Shown: positions 33,356 through 43,789, counted from the stretch's first letter. The stretch is DNA of 48,385 nucleotides from Solirubrobacterales bacterium (GCA_018883025.1 VEQW01000001.1:1-48385), one strand, 5' to 3'. The notes: generated by a model not told the origin, from the sequence alone. Numbers and translations are program-made.

Positions 33356-34627
33356 CTATTTGAGGAAGCCCTCGTAGTTCCGCATCATCAGCTGGGCCTC
33401 GAGCTGTTTCACGAAATCGAGGGCGACCCCGACCACGATCAGGATCGAGGTACCGGCGAAGAAGAAGCCGCCGCCTACGTTGTTGAAGAGGATGGTCGGG
33501 AATGCCGCCACCGCACCGAGGTAGAGGGCGCCCGGGAAGGTCAGGCGGGAGAGCACCCGGTCCAGGTATTCGGCGGTCGGTCGGCCCGGACGGACCCCGG
33601 GTATGAACCCGCCGTATTTCTTCAGGTTGTCGGCCTGGTCGACCGGGTTGAAGGTGACGGCCGTATAGAAGTAGGTGAAGATGATGATGAAGAAGACCTC
33701 GCCGAGGACGTAGGCCCAGCCTCCCGGACTGAGGAAGGCGGCGAAGTCGAGAGCGGCCGGGGTGTTGATCAGCTGGCCGATCGTCGGCGGCAGGGCCATG
33801 ATCGATGCGGCGAAGATCACCGGGATCACGCCGGCCATGTTGACCCTGAGGGGCAGGTAGGTCGAGCCGCCCGAGGTCATGCGACGCCCCACGACACGCT
33901 TTGCGTACTGGACGGGGATCCTGCGTTGGCCCTCCTGGACGTAGACGATCGCAACGATCACACCGAGGATCACGAAAGGCAGCAGCACCACGAAGACCTG
34001 GTCCGGATTCGTCCACCACTGCTGGATTCCGGGCAGGACCCCGGAGACGATCGAGGCGAAGATCAGGAGGGAAATGCCGTTTCCGACCCCCCGCTGGGTG
34101 ATCAGCTCTCCCATCCACATCAGGAGCACGGTTCCTGCGGTCAGGCAGGTCACGATCAGGAAGACGTTCGCCGGGGTGAGGCTGGAGACCACGCTCTCCC
34201 CCCCGGCCGGGGCCAGCGAGTTGAACAGGAAGACGTAGGCGAACGACTGCATCGCCGCCAGCCCGACGGTCAGGTAGCGGGTGTACTGGGTGATCTTCTG
34301 CTGGCCGACCTCGCCCTCCTTCTGGAGCTTCTCGAGCGAGGGGAGCACGACCGTCAGCAACTGGAGGATGATCGAGGCCGTGATGTAGGGCATGATCCCG
34401 AGCGCGAAGAGCGAGAGCCGGGAGAGGCTTCCGCCCGAGAAGAGGTTGAGGAACCCGAGGATGTTCGAGCCGGTCAGCTGGCTCTCGAGCTGGTCGATCG
34501 CGTCGACGTTGACCCCGGGAACGGGGATGTAGGCACCGAGTCGGTACAGCGCCAGGATCGCCGCTACGAAGAGCAGCTTTCGGCGGATGTCGGGGACCGA
34601 GAAGGCCTTCGCGACGGTCGCGATCAT
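33356..34627 (-). CDS. secY: Preprotein translocase subunit SecY
   Basis: ...LFALGIMPYITASIILQLLTVVLPSLEKLQKEGEVGQQKITQYTRYLTV... plus 10 hydrophobic segments. Confidence 0.95.
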   Translation of the reverse strand: MIATVAKAFSVPDIRRKLLFVAAILALYRLGAYIPVPGVNVDAIDQLESQLTGSNILGFLNLFSGGSLSRLSLFALGIMPYITASIILQLLTVVLPSLEKLQKEGEVGQQKITQYTRYLTVGLAAMQSFAYVFLFNSLAPAGGESVVSSLTPANVFLIVTCLTAGTVLLMWMGELITQRGVGNGISLLIFASIVSGVLPGIQQWWTNPDQVFVVLLPFVILGVIVAIVYVQEGQRRIPVQYAKRVVGRRMTSGGSTYLPLRVNMAGVIPVIFAASIMALPPTIGQLINTPAALDFAAFLSPGGWAYVLGEVFFIIIFTYFYTAVTFNPVDQADNLKKYGGFIPGVRPGRPTAEYLDRVLSRLTFPGALYLGAVAAFPTILFNNVGGGFFFAGTSILIVVGVALDFVKQLEAQLMMRNYEGFLK

Positions 34628-35142
34628 CGGCCCTCGATCACCTCGCAGCTTCCCCCGGCCGCCTCGATCTTCTCGCGGGCGGTGCCGCTGAAGCCGTGGG
34701 CCCGGACCGTCAGGGCTTTCGAGATATCACCGCGAGCGAGGATCTTGACCGGGTCACTCCGGGTGGCGAGGCCGACGGCGCGAAGGGACTCGGGCGTTAC
34801 CTCGGCGCCGGCGTCGAAGCGCTCCTCGAGATCGGAAACGTTGACCGGCTGGGTCCGCGTCCGGAAGTTCTCGAACGGCATCGACTTCTTCATGTGGGGG
34901 CCGCGAAGCTTCCGCATCCGCATCTGGATCGGGTTCTGTCCGCCCTCGAGGTTGACCTTGCGCTTGTTGCCCGAGCGCTGCCCCTGGCCCTTGTGGCCAC
35001 GACCCGAGGTCTTGCCCTTGCCAGAGCCCTGACCGCGACCGATCCGCTTCCGCCGCTTGCGCGAGCCGGGCTTCGGTCGGAGGTTGTGCAGGCCGATCTC
35101 GGCCGCGCGGCCGGTCGGCTCTTCCTTTTCCTCTTCGGCCAT
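34624..35142 (-). CDS. rplO: 50S ribosomal protein L15
   Basis: ...LRPKPGSRKRRKRIGRGQGSGKGKTSGRGHKGQ... The start overlaps the rpmD stop (TGATG). Confidence 0.9.
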   Translation of the reverse strand: MAEEEKEEPTGRAAEIGLHNLRPKPGSRKRRKRIGRGQGSGKGKTSGRGHKGQGQRSGNKRKVNLEGGQNPIQMRMRKLRGPHMKKSMPFENFRTRTQPVNVSDLEERFDAGAEVTPESLRAVGLATRSDPVKILARGDISKALTVRAHGFSGTAREKIEAAGGSCEVIEGR

Positions 35143-35321
35143 CAGCCCTCCTCTACTTCCACCAGGTGGGAGACGACACGGATCTGCCCCCTCAACTGGG
35201 GCGAGTCTTCCCGCTCGACCCGGCTCCCGGGCCTGCTCAAGCCGAGTGCCTGCAACGTCCCTCGCTGATGAGGATTGGTCCGGATCGAGGAACGGACCTG
35301 TCGGATCACGACCTTAGCCAT
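35142..35321 (-). CDS. rpmD: 50S ribosomal protein L30
   Basis: Not in the ORF track (59 aa). My translation from ATG 35321 is [59 protein letters not shown], which matches the L30 pattern (I.q.+S.ig....r.tl.aLGL......v.......rGmi..v.hlv.v.e). Confidence 0.85.
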   Translation of the reverse strand: MAKVVIRQVRSSIRTNPHQRGTLQALGLSRPGSRVEREDSPQLRGQIRVVSHLVEVEEG

Positions 35322-36174
35322 TGCCGTGCTCCAGGTTCTTGTCGTCCTTCTCCTCGAGTTCGGCCTCCACCGCCTTGGCCTCCTCGACCGCCCCCTCGCC
35401 GAGCTCGGCCTCGGCCTTCAGTTCGGCCTCGACCTCGGACGGGGCAATCGTGTCGGAATCGGGGGAGACGACGGTCTGGTTCTCGTGAAGTTCCTCGTCG
35501 GCCTTGGCCTCGAGTCGGGCGATGTCAGCGGGGGTCGCCGACGTCGCCTCAGCGGCGTCGGCTGCCTGCTCGACGGCCTCGGCGCTCCCGGTGTCCTCCT
35601 CGCCCCCTGAGTCCCCGTTCGTGGCGGCATCACGGTCGATCCCCAGTACCTCGGAGATCGAGATGCCACGCATCCGGGCCACGTCCTCGGGGCGCCTCAG
35701 CCTCATGATCCCGTCCATCGTCGCCTTGACCAGGTTGATCGGGTTCTGGGTCCCGACGCTCTTGGTCAGCACGTCGCGGACGCCACCCAGCTCGAGTACG
35801 GCTCGGACCCCGCCACCTGCGATCACCCCGGTTCCGGGGCTGGCCGGCCTGAGGACGACGTGCCCGGCACCGTAGCGACCGATGATCTTGTGGGTGATCG
35901 TGTCGCCGTACTTCGGGATCCGGATCAGGTTCTTGCGGGCGTTCTCGACCGCCTTCTGGATCGCCAGAGGGACTTCCTGGGCCTTGCCGTAGCCGATCCC
36001 GACCACCGAGTCCTCGTCGCCAAGCGCGACCAGCGCGGTGAACTGGAACCTCCGGCCGCCCTTGACCACCTTGGCGACGCGGTTGATCTCGATCACCCGC
36101 TCCTGGAGCTCGCCCTTGACGTCCTTCGGGCTCACCGTCTCGACCATGTATGTATCCATGCCCTTCATCAGCAA
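35314..36174 (-). CDS. rpsE: 30S ribosomal protein S5 with ~108-aa acidic C-terminal extension
   Basis: Core: [31 protein letters not shown]...[39 protein letters not shown]. Start ambiguous (TTG 36174, or ATG at 36168, 36159 or 36147). Confidence 0.9.
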   Translation of the reverse strand: MLMKGMDTYMVETVSPKDVKGELQERVIEINRVAKVVKGGRRFQFTALVALGDEDSVVGIGYGKAQEVPLAIQKAVENARKNLIRIPKYGDTITHKIIGRYGAGHVVLRPASPGTGVIAGGGVRAVLELGGVRDVLTKSVGTQNPINLVKATMDGIMRLRRPEDVARMRGISISEVLGIDRDAATNGDSGGEEDTGSAEAVEQAADAAEATSATPADIARLEAKADEELHENQTVVSPDSDTIAPSEVEAELKAEAELGEGAVEEAKAVEAELEEKDDKNLEHGNG

Positions 36175-36196
36175 TCAGTCACCGTAGCGGAGTCGC

Positions 36197-36550
36197 CTAG
36201 AACTCCAGACCACCTTCCCGTGCGCCCTCTGCCAGGGCCTTCACCCGTCCGTGGTAGCGGTAGCCGCTCCGGTCGAACACACAGCGCTCGATCCCGGCCG
36301 ACTTGGCCCGCTCGGCCAGCACCTTGCCGGCCCGGTTCGCCTGCTCCATCCGATCGAGGTCGCGAAGTTCCGGCTCGGTCCAGCTGGCCGAGGCCAGGGT
36401 CCGACCCTCCCGGTCGTCGATCAGCTGGGCAAAGATTCCCCGGTTCGACCGGTACACCGAGAGCCTCGGGCAGTCGGCGGTCCCCGAAACGCGGGCCCGG
36501 ACCCGGTACCTGCGGCGCTGGCGCCGCTCCCTGCCGGTCATCACCGTCAT
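36197..36550 (-). CDS. rplR: 50S ribosomal protein L18
   Basis: ...[28 protein letters not shown]...[27 protein letters not shown]. Confidence 0.95.
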   Translation of the reverse strand: MTVMTGRERRQRRRYRVRARVSGTADCPRLSVYRSNRGIFAQLIDDREGRTLASASWTEPELRDLDRMEQANRAGKVLAERAKSAGIERCVFDRSGYRYHGRVKALAEGAREGGLEF

Positions 36551-37080
36551 ACGCGCTTGCCGACCTTCCTCGCGACGCGCTCGTCCCGGTAGCGGATTCC
36601 CTTGCCCTTGTACGGCTCCGGGGGCCGCTTGTCGCGGATGTCCGCCGCGATCTGGCCGACCTGCTGCTTGTCGATCCCCCGAACGACGATCGCGGTCGGC
36701 TCGGGTACGTCGAACTCGATTCCCTCGGGTGCCTCGACCACGACGGGGTGGGAGAAGCCGAGCGCCAGCTCGATCCCCTTGCCCTTCGACTGGGCCCGAT
36801 AGCCGACCCCCTGGATCTCCAGGTGCTTCTCGTAACCGTCGGTGACCCCGATGACCATGTTCTGGACGAGGCTTCGGGTCAGGCCGTGCAGGGCGCGATG
36901 GGGTCCCCGGTCGGTCGGGCGCTCGACCGTGAGCACGCCGTCGTCGACCTTGACGGTCATGTCGCGGGAGAGCTCCTGGGTGAGCTCACCCTTGGGTCCC
37001 TTGACCGTGACCCGACCGGGTTCGACCTGGACCTCGACCCCTTCCGGGATCTCGACTGGCTTGTTTCCAATCCTGCTCAT
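36547..37080 (-). CDS. rplF: 50S ribosomal protein L6
   Basis: [33 protein letters not shown]...GVGYRA...[11 protein letters not shown]. Confidence 0.95.
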   Translation of the reverse strand: MSRIGNKPVEIPEGVEVQVEPGRVTVKGPKGELTQELSRDMTVKVDDGVLTVERPTDRGPHRALHGLTRSLVQNMVIGVTDGYEKHLEIQGVGYRAQSKGKGIELALGFSHPVVVEAPEGIEFDVPEPTAIVVRGIDKQQVGQIAADIRDKRPPEPYKGKGIRYRDERVARKVGKRV

Positions 37081-37107
37081 GGCTTTGAGTTCCGGTGGAC
37101 CGGGCGG

Positions 37108-37503
37108 TCACCAGATGTAGGCGAGCACCTCCCCGCCGATTCCTTCCTTGCGGGCCTGGTGGCCGGTCATGACGCCGTGGGAGGTGGTGACGATCGCGGT
37201 GCCGGTGCCCCCCTGGACCCGGGGCACGGCCGTACGGTCCACGTAGCGCCGCCGACCCGGCCGTGATACCCGCTCGAGGCCCGAGATGACCGGCCTCCGG
37301 TCGTCGGTGTACTTGAGGCGGACGGTGATCTTCTCCCCGACCTCGGCAGGCTCCTTCTCGTAGCCCGAGATGTAGCCCTGTTCGGTGAGGATCCGGGACA
37401 TCTCGAGCTTGAGCTTGGAGCAGGGGATATCGACCGTGGTCAGCCCGGCGTTCAACCCGTTGCGAATGCGGGTCAGGTAATCGGAAATCGGATCGGTCAG
37501 CAT
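37108..37503 (-). CDS. rpsH: 30S ribosomal protein S8
   Basis: MLTDPISDYLTRIRNGLNAG...GTGTAIVTTSHGVMTGHQARKEGIGGEVLAYIW. Confidence 0.95.
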   Translation of the reverse strand: MLTDPISDYLTRIRNGLNAGLTTVDIPCSKLKLEMSRILTEQGYISGYEKEPAEVGEKITVRLKYTDDRRPVISGLERVSRPGRRRYVDRTAVPRVQGGTGTAIVTTSHGVMTGHQARKEGIGGEVLAYIW

Positions 37504-37510
37504 CTCTCGC

Positions 37511-37696
37511 CTACCAGCTCGACTTGGTCATCCCGGGTACGTAACCCTCGTGGGCTGCCTCCCTGAGGCAGATCCTGCAGAGGCCGAACTTCCGGTAGTA
37601 GGCGCGGGGGCGCCCGCACCGCTTGCACCGGTTGTAGGCCCTCGTCTTGAACTTGGGCTTCCGTCGCTGTCGAACCTTCTGGGAAGTCTTTGCCAT
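37511..37696 (-). CDS. rpsZ: 30S ribosomal protein S14 type Z (zinc-binding, 61 aa)
   Basis: [61 protein letters not shown] (CxxC...CxxC). ATG at 37696. The tracked ORF extends spuriously to 37780, into rplE. Confidence 0.95.
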   Translation of the reverse strand: MAKTSQKVRQRRKPKFKTRAYNRCKRCGRPRAYYRKFGLCRICLREAAHEGYVPGMTKSSW

Positions 37697-37703
37697 CTCT
37701 TCG

Positions 37704-38537
37704 CTAGCCCTCCTGGTCGTCGTTTCCTGCTTCGGCCTCGCCGGGGGCCTCGCCCCCATCTCCTGCACCTTCGGCTCCAACCCCTCCGTCTTCGCCCTCT
37801 TCGCCTTCGCCCTCCTCGCCTTCCGGGGTCGTCTCGGGCTCGGGTGCGAGCTCCGCAGCCTGGGCCTTGAGCGCCTCCTCCTGGGCTGCCCGCTCCTCCG
37901 CCTCGGCCTGCGCGGCCGCCTCGGCAGCCTCGCGTTCCGCCCTTCCCTCGGCAGTCGGCCTGCCCTCCTGGGCGAACGGCATACCGAGCGCCAGCAGGAG
38001 CTCGAAAGCCTCCTCGTCCGATTTCGCGGTGGTCGTCACGGTGACGTCGAGTCCCCGGGTCGTGTCGACCGAGTCGTAATCGATCTCGGGGAAGATCAGC
38101 TGTTCCCGGACCCCCATCGAATAGTTCCCCCGGCCGTCGAACGAAGTCGCCTTGAGGCCACGAAAGTCACGGATTCGGGGGATCGCGATCGAGCAGAGCC
38201 GATCGAGGAATTCCCACATCCGGGCCCCGCGAAGGGTCACGGAAACGCCGACCGGCATCCCTTCACGCACCTTGAACGAGGCGATCGACTTGCGCGCCTG
38301 GCGGAAGTTGGGCTGCTGGCCGGCGATCTGGGCAAGTTCCTCGGCCGCCTTCTCCCGGCCCTTGGCGTCGGTGTCGGCACCGAGTCCCATGTTCAGGGTG
38401 ATCTTGACCAGCCTCGGAACCTCCATCGGATTCCCGTAGTCGAACTTCTCCATCAGCATCGGGTGGATCTCGCGACGGTAGGTGTCACGGAGCCGGGGCG
38501 GCGGAGCTGCCTGCTGGGTCGGTGTTGCCGCTTCCAC
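37704..38537 (-). CDS. rplE: 50S ribosomal protein L5 with ~87-aa acidic C-terminal extension
   Basis: Core: [40 protein letters not shown]...[33 protein letters not shown] start 2 nt after the rplX stop. Confidence 0.9.
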   Translation of the reverse strand: MEAATPTQQAAPPPRLRDTYRREIHPMLMEKFDYGNPMEVPRLVKITLNMGLGADTDAKGREKAAEELAQIAGQQPNFRQARKSIASFKVREGMPVGVSVTLRGARMWEFLDRLCSIAIPRIRDFRGLKATSFDGRGNYSMGVREQLIFPEIDYDSVDTTRGLDVTVTTTAKSDEEAFELLLALGMPFAQEGRPTAEGRAEREAAEAAAQAEAEERAAQEEALKAQAAELAPEPETTPEGEEGEGEEGEDGGVGAEGAGDGGEAPGEAEAGNDDQEG

Positions 38538-38539
38538 GG

Positions 38540-38881
38540 TCAGATCACCTCCCCGGTCCTCTTCGAGTACCGCTGACGGGTCCCATCCTCATTGACCTTG
38601 GTGCCGACCCGGGTCGGCCGGTTGTCGGTCGGGTCGAGCAGCATCACGTTGGAGATGTGGATCGGACCCTCCATCTCGAGGATCCCGCCTTCCTTGCCCG
38701 GACCCTGGCCGCTCGGTGACGGCTGGGCGCGCTGGTGACGCTTGATCATGTTCAGGCCTTCGACGTAGACCATCTGGCGACGGGGCTCGGTGCGCGAAAC
38801 GGTCCCCTGCTTCCCCGCGTCCTTGCCGGCGATCACCTCGACCTGGTCCCCGGTACGGATCTTCATCGTCTTCGACGGCAT
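38540..38881 (-). CDS. rplX: 50S ribosomal protein L24
   Basis: [26 protein letters not shown] (KOW motif). Confidence 0.95.
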   Translation of the reverse strand: MPSKTMKIRTGDQVEVIAGKDAGKQGTVSRTEPRRQMVYVEGLNMIKRHQRAQPSPSGQGPGKEGGILEMEGPIHISNVMLLDPTDNRPTRVGTKVNEDGTRQRYSKRTGEVI

Positions 38882-38882
38882 C

Positions 38883-39251
38883 TCAGAGCACCTCCGGAGC
38901 CAGGGAGATGATCTTCATGAAGTTCCGATCGCGAAGCTCCCGGGCGACCGGACCGAAGATCCGGGTTCCCCGGGGGTTGTTCTGCTCGTCGATCAGCACC
39001 GCGGCGTTCTCGTCGAAGGAGATGTAGGTGCCGTCGGATCGACCCAGCTCCTTGCGGGTCCGGACGATCACGGCCTCGACGACCTCGCCCTTCTGGACGC
39101 CCCCCTGGGGGCTGGCCGACTTGACGGTCGCGGTGATCACGTCACCGATCGAGCCGTAGCGACGATGGGAGCCGCCCTTGACCCGGATGCAGAGGAGCTC
39201 GCGGGCTCCGGAGTTGTCGGCGACGGTGAGTCGCGATTCCTGCTGGATCAC
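38883..39251 (-). CDS. rplN: 50S ribosomal protein L14
   Basis: [39 protein letters not shown]... Confidence 0.95.
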   Translation of the reverse strand: MIQQESRLTVADNSGARELLCIRVKGGSHRRYGSIGDVITATVKSASPQGGVQKGEVVEAVIVRTRKELGRSDGTYISFDENAAVLIDEQNNPRGTRIFGPVARELRDRNFMKIISLAPEVL

Positions 39252-39257
39252 GGATCG

Positions 39258-39968
39258 CTACCTCGCCTTCTCGACGATCTCGACCAGGCGCCAATGCTTG
39301 GTCTTGGAAAGCTTGCGGGTCTCGACCACCCGGACCACGTCCCCCTCGCCGGCCTCGTTCCGCTCGTCGTGAGCGTGAATCCGGTGGGTCTTGCGAACGA
39401 TCTTCTCGTACACCGGGTGCCGCCTCGCGGTGTCGATCTGGACGGTGATCGTCTTGTCGGCCCGGTTCGAGACGACCTTCCCCTGGCGCTCCTTGGGCTT
39501 CCCGGTCCGGATCCTCTCGGCAGCCACGCTGCCGGTGCCTGCCTCGTGCTTCTGGCGGTCCTTCTCCCGTCGCGAACGACGTTGGCGGGCAAGCCTGCCC
39601 CTTGCTTCGTCGCGCTCCGCCTGACGCTCCTCCGGACTCCTCTGGGGCTTGGCCTCCGAAGGCTGACGGGATTTCTCGAGCCTGCGCTCGACCTTCCAGC
39701 CGGCGCCCTCGTCCTCCGCGGAACCTCCGTCGCCGGCGGCTGCAGGCGGAGCGGCGGAATCCCCACCCTCATCGCCGCCATCGTCGGCAGACGCCTCTTC
39801 GGCATCGGGAGCCTCCTCTGCCGGAGACTCGCCTCCATCGCCGGCCGCGTCCTCTTCCGGGGTCTCCTCGGGGGTCGCTTCCGCTTCAGGCGTCTCCTCG
39901 GCTGCCTCCTGGGCGGCCTCTTCGGGAGCCTCTTCAGCTGTCTCTTCCTTTTCCTCTTCTTCCGACAT
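39258..39968 (-). CDS. rpsQ: 30S ribosomal protein S17 with ~158-aa bipartite (acidic then basic) N-terminal extension
   Basis: The C-terminal 78 aa are canonical S17: KERQGKVVSNRADKTITVQIDTARRHPVYEKIVRKTHRIHAHDERNEAGEGDVVRVVETRKLSKTKHWRLVEIVEKAR. The frame is open back to ATG 39968, 19 nt after the rpmC stop. An internal in-frame GTG at 39527 is an alternative start. Confidence 0.8.
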   Translation of the reverse strand: MSEEEEKEETAEEAPEEAAQEAAEETPEAEATPEETPEEDAAGDGGESPAEEAPDAEEASADDGGDEGGDSAAPPAAAGDGGSAEDEGAGWKVERRLEKSRQPSEAKPQRSPEERQAERDEARGRLARQRRSRREKDRQKHEAGTGSVAAERIRTGKPKERQGKVVSNRADKTITVQIDTARRHPVYEKIVRKTHRIHAHDERNEAGEGDVVRVVETRKLSKTKHWRLVEIVEKAR

Positions 39969-39987
39969 CCTCGTTCCCGTCTTTCCG

Positions 39988-40203
39988 CTAGCCCTCGGCG
40001 GTTTCCCGCTCGAAGTCGATCTTCCGCTGCCTGGCGATCGTGATCAGCCTGGCGACGTCCCGCCGGGAGCGATTGAGCGCAGCCGTGTCCTCGAGCTCAC
40101 CGGTCGCATGCCGGAGCCTCAGCCCGAAGTCCTCCTCGCGGGCCTCCTTGAGCTTCTCGACCAGCTCGACGTCGCTCATCCCGTGTACCTCACCGGCCTT
40201 CAC
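39988..40203 (-). CDS. rpmC: 50S ribosomal protein L29
   Basis: ...[47 protein letters not shown]. Confidence 0.9.
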   Translation of the reverse strand: MKAGEVHGMSDVELVEKLKEAREEDFGLRLRHATGELEDTAALNRSRRDVARLITIARQRKIDFERETAEG

Positions 40204-40619
40204 TCGCCCACTCCCTCTCGAGCCACGAACTTCGTCTTGATCGGAAGCTTGTGCCCGGCAACGCGCATCGCCTCACGGGCGAGCTCCTCGTCGACCCCGG
40301 CCAGCTCGAACATCACCCGGCCGGGCTTGACTACGGCGACCCAGCCCTCGGGGTTGCCCTTTCCGGAGCCCATCCGGGTCTCGGCCGGCTTCTTGGTCAC
40401 CGGCTTGTCGGGGAAGACGTTGATCCAGACCTTCCCGCCTCGCTTGATCTTCCTGGTCATGGCGACTCGGGCGGCTTCGATCTGGCGGTTGGTGATCCAG
40501 CCGCGCTCGAGCGCCTTCAGGCCGTACTCGCCGAAGGCAACCGAGGTTCCGCCCTTCGAGTTGCCCCGGCGGCGCCCCCGCATCACCTTGCGGTGCTTGA
40601 CCCTCTTCGGCATCAACAT
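40200..40619 (-). CDS. rplP: 50S ribosomal protein L16
   Basis: [38 protein letters not shown]... Confidence 0.95.
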   Translation of the reverse strand: MLMPKRVKHRKVMRGRRRGNSKGGTSVAFGEYGLKALERGWITNRQIEAARVAMTRKIKRGGKVWINVFPDKPVTKKPAETRMGSGKGNPEGWVAVVKPGRVMFELAGVDEELAREAMRVAGHKLPIKTKFVAREGVGE

Positions 40620-41314
40620 CAGCGACCACCCCCCGTCGGACCGCCACCGAGCGGTTCCTCCTGGCCGTCAGTGCGGTCGGAGTCGAAGCCCTCGGGCATT
40701 ACCTCGCCCTTGTTGATCCAGCACTTGACGCCGATCCGGCCGGTGCCGGTCTTCGCCTCGACGAAGCCGTAGTCGATGTCGGCCCTCAACGTATGGAGCG
40801 GCACCCGACCGTCCGAGTAACCCTCGGTCCGGGCCATCTCGGCGCCGCCGAGCCGGCCCGAAACCTGGACCTTCACGCCCTTGGCGCCCGAACGCATCGC
40901 CGAGGTGAGCGCACGTTTCATCGCCCGTCGGAACGCAACCCGGTTCTGGAGCTGCTCGGCGATCGACTGGGCGACCAGCTTCGCATCCAGTTCGGGCCTC
41001 TTGACCTCACGAATGTTCACCTTGACCGGGGTCCCGGTGATCTCGTGGAGTTCCTTTCGCAGGGCGTCGACCTCGCTGCCCGACTTGCCGATGACGATGC
41101 CCGGGCGGGCGGTATGGATGTCGACCTCGACCTCGCCACGACGCTGGATCGTGATGTCGGAAAGCCCGGCGTGGGCGAGCTTCTGCTCGATGTGGTCACG
41201 GATCGCCATGTCCTCGAGCAGGAGCTCGGAGTAGTCGCGACCGGCGAACCAGTTCGACTTCCAGTCATGGATGTAGCCGACGCGAAAGCCTTCTGGATGG
41301 ATCTTCTGGCCCAT
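40619..41314 (-). CDS. rpsC: 30S ribosomal protein S3
   Basis: [24 protein letters not shown]...; ATG at 41314. The tracked ORF start at 41344 would overlap rplV. Confidence 0.95.
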   Translation of the reverse strand: MGQKIHPEGFRVGYIHDWKSNWFAGRDYSELLLEDMAIRDHIEQKLAHAGLSDITIQRRGEVEVDIHTARPGIVIGKSGSEVDALRKELHEITGTPVKVNIREVKRPELDAKLVAQSIAEQLQNRVAFRRAMKRALTSAMRSGAKGVKVQVSGRLGGAEMARTEGYSDGRVPLHTLRADIDYGFVEAKTGTGRIGVKCWINKGEVMPEGFDSDRTDGQEEPLGGGPTGGGR

Positions 41315-41321
41315 TTCCCCG

Positions 41322-41708
41322 CTACTCCTCTTCCTCTGGCGCAAGCGCCACGCTGATGTGACAGGTCCGCTTGTTGATCGGGGTGGCCCGGCCCATCGCC
41401 CGCGGTCGGAACCGCTTGATCGTCGGTCCCTCGTCGACCCTGATCTCGCGGACGATCATCTCGTCGCCGATCAGGTCGTGGTTCGCTTCGGCGTTGGCTG
41501 CCGCGGACTCGATCACCTTGGAAACCTCGCCCGCCGCAGATCGGGGCGAGAACGAGAGCAGCGCCCGGGCATCGTCGATGTGCTTGCCGCGCACCTGGTC
41601 GGCGACCAGCCGGACCTTGCGCGGTGAGACCCGGACGAACCGGGCGGTCGCCCTGACCAGGACCTCATCGGTGCCATCTCCTGTCTTGCCGGCGGTCGCC
41701 ACGCTCAC
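41322..41708 (-). CDS. rplV: 50S ribosomal protein L22
   Basis: ...[55 protein letters not shown]... Confidence 0.95.
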   Translation of the reverse strand: MSVATAGKTGDGTDEVLVRATARFVRVSPRKVRLVADQVRGKHIDDARALLSFSPRSAAGEVSKVIESAAANAEANHDLIGDEMIVREIRVDEGPTIKRFRPRAMGRATPINKRTCHISVALAPEEEE

Positions 41709-41980
41709 TCTTCTCCCCCGCCACCGGTGCCGTGGGCCTTGAAGGTTCGGGTCGGGGCGAACTCGCCGAGCTTGTGACCGACCATCGATTCGGTGATGAA
41801 GACGGGCACGTGCTTGCGACCGTCATGGACGGCGATCGTGTGGCCGACCATCTCGGGGAAGATCGTCGAACGCCTCGACCAGGTCCGGACGAGCTGCTTG
41901 TCACCGGACTCGTTCATTGCGGCGATCCGCCCCATCAGGCGTTCCTCCACGTACGGCCCCTTCTTCGTCGATCGGCCCAT
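41705..41980 (-). CDS. rpsS: 30S ribosomal protein S19
   Basis: [15 protein letters not shown]...[39 protein letters not shown]. Confidence 0.95.
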   Translation of the reverse strand: MGRSTKKGPYVEERLMGRIAAMNESGDKQLVRTWSRRSTIFPEMVGHTIAVHDGRKHVPVFITESMVGHKLGEFAPTRTFKAHGTGGGGEE

Positions 41981-41986
41981 TCCGGT

Positions 41987-42829
41987 CTACCTCTTCTTCT
42001 TCCCGCGTCGGCGACCGCGGACGATGTAGCGGTCGGAGTCCTTGCCCTTCTTCCGGGTCCGGTAACCGAGGGTCGGCTTGCCCCACGGGGTAACGGGATG
42101 GCCTCCGGGGGTGTGGTGGGCCTCGCCGCCGCCGTGGGGGTGGTCGACCGGGTTCATCGCCACACCCCTCGTCTGGGGACGGCGGCCCTTGTGCCGGTTC
42201 CGGCCGGCCTTGCCGATCTTGACGTTCTGGTGGTCAGCGTTGGAGAGGGTGCCGACCGTGGCCCTGCACTCTGCCCGGACCATCCTCATCTCCGAGGAGG
42301 GGAGGCGGAGGGTCACCATCTCGCCCTCCTTGGCGACCAGCTGGATCGAGGTCCCGGCCGAGCGCCCGAGCTTGCCGCCCTGCCCGGGGCGCATCTCGAC
42401 GTTGTGGACCGTGGTGCCGACCGGCATCTCCCCGAGCGCGAGGCAGTTGCCGGGGCGGATGTCGGCCCCGGGACCAGAGCTGACTACGTCGCCGACCGAG
42501 ATCTCGCTCGGGGCGAGGATGTAGGCCTTCTCCCCATCGGCGTAGTTCAGCAGGGCGATGTAGGCACTCCGGTTCGGGTCGTACTCGATCGTCGCCACCC
42601 GGGCCGGAACCCCGTCCTTCAAACGCTTGAAGTCGATCTTCCGGTACCGGCGCTTGGCGCCTCCGCCGCGATGGCGTGAAGTCACCCGGCCCTTCGAGTT
42701 GCGGCCCCCGGACTTCGAGATGCCCTCGGTCAGGCTCTTCTCGGGCTCCGATGCGGTCAACTGCTCGCGCAGCTGGTAAGTCGCAAACCTGCGGCCCGGG
42801 CTGGTCGGCTTGGTCTTCCTGATCGCCAT
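41987..42829 (-). CDS. rplB: 50S ribosomal protein L2
   Basis: [19 protein letters not shown]...; ATG at 42829. ...[18 protein letters not shown]... The tracked ORF start at 42937 lies inside rplW. Confidence 0.95.
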   Translation of the reverse strand: MAIRKTKPTSPGRRFATYQLREQLTASEPEKSLTEGISKSGGRNSKGRVTSRHRGGGAKRRYRKIDFKRLKDGVPARVATIEYDPNRSAYIALLNYADGEKAYILAPSEISVGDVVSSGPGADIRPGNCLALGEMPVGTTVHNVEMRPGQGGKLGRSAGTSIQLVAKEGEMVTLRLPSSEMRMVRAECRATVGTLSNADHQNVKIGKAGRNRHKGRRPQTRGVAMNPVDHPHGGGEAHHTPGGHPVTPWGKPTLGYRTRKKGKDSDRYIVRGRRRGKKKR

Positions 42830-42833
42830 CGTC

Positions 42834-43133
42834 CTAGCCCTCCACCGCCGCGCCTTCGAACAGCTCGATCGTCTGTCCGGGGGCGAGTTCGACCACGGCC
42901 TTCTTCCAGGAACGGCTGCGTCCCTGGATCTGTCCACGCCGCTTCGGCTTCGAACGGACCCTCGAGGTACGGACCTTGATCACGTCGACGTCGAAGGCCT
43001 TCTCGACCGCGTCCCTGATCTCGAACTTATGGGCACGGTCATCGACCCTGAAGGTGTATTTGCCCGCCGCGATCAGGGCGTAGGTCTTCTCCGAGATGAC
43101 CGGCTTGATGATCACGCTTCGCGGATCCATCAC
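42834..43133 (-). CDS. rplW: 50S ribosomal protein L23
   Basis: [56 protein letters not shown]. Confidence 0.95.
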   Translation of the reverse strand: MMDPRSVIIKPVISEKTYALIAAGKYTFRVDDRAHKFEIRDAVEKAFDVDVIKVRTSRVRSKPKRRGQIQGRSRSWKKAVVELAPGQTIELFEGAAVEG

Positions 43134-43789
43134 TCGCCCTCCCCGCCCTCGGGCGACTCGGCCCGGACTTCACCGCCGGCGCTCCGCTCGAGCACCTCGA
43201 GCGCGCCGGGCGAGAGGACCAGCGAGGCGGCGCCGATCACGTCGACCACCCCGACCGCTCCGACCTCCACCACCTCGACCCGCGGGATGTTGCGGAAGCT
43301 CTTCAGCACCGATGTCTCCTCGGCGAGCACCACCACGAGGGTCGGCTTCGAAGCACCCCACTTGTCGAGCTGGGCGGCAGCGGTGGCTGTCGAAGGCGTC
43401 TCGAAGTCCGAAGGCTCGAGGAGGGCGATGCTGCCCCGGTCGGCATGGACCGAGAGGGCCGAGCGCATCGCCCGGCGGCGGGCCTTTCGGTTGACCTTGA
43501 CCACGTACCGGCGTGGCCTCGGCCCGAATGCAACACCACCGCCGTAGCGGTTGGGAACGCTCAGCGCACCGACCCGGGCACGTCCGGTTCCCTTCTGGCG
43601 CCAGGCCTTGGCGGTGGTCATCGAAACCTCTCCCCTGGTCAGGGTCGAGGCCGTGCCCCGCCGACGTGCGTTGGCGTCGGCCCGGGCGGCCTCGTGGACC
43701 AGCGAGTGGTGGAACTCCTCGCCGAAGATCTCCCCGGGAAGGTCCGCCTTGGTCGTCTTGCCGAGAACCGGCGCCTTCTGACTAGCCAT
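43130..43789 (-). CDS. rplD: 50S ribosomal protein L4
   Basis: ...FHHSLVHEAARADANARRRGTASTLTRGEVSMTTAKAWRQKGTGRARVGALSVPNRYGGGVAFGP... Confidence 0.95.
   Translation of the reverse strand: MASQKAPVLGKTTKADLPGEIFGEEFHHSLVHEAARADANARRRGTASTLTRGEVSMTTAKAWRQKGTGRARVGALSVPNRYGGGVAFGPRPRRYVVKVNRKARRRAMRSALSVHADRGSIALLEPSDFETPSTATAAAQLDKWGASKPTLVVVLAEETSVLKSFRNIPRVEVVEVGAVGVVDVIGAASLVLSPGALEVLERSAGGEVRAESPEGGEGE

Noticed and set aside
39248-39838. 196-aa alternative-frame ORF within the rpsQ region
   Set aside because: It is extremely Arg/Pro/Ser-rich. Only the 39258..39968 frame terminates in the canonical S17 domain.
29555-42679. Plus-strand ORFs across the ribosomal operons (29555..31369, 33308..35032, 35860..37266, 38790..40043, 41732..42679 and others)
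   Set aside because: All are antisense to unmistakable ribosomal-protein, rpoA and secY genes and have low-complexity composition.
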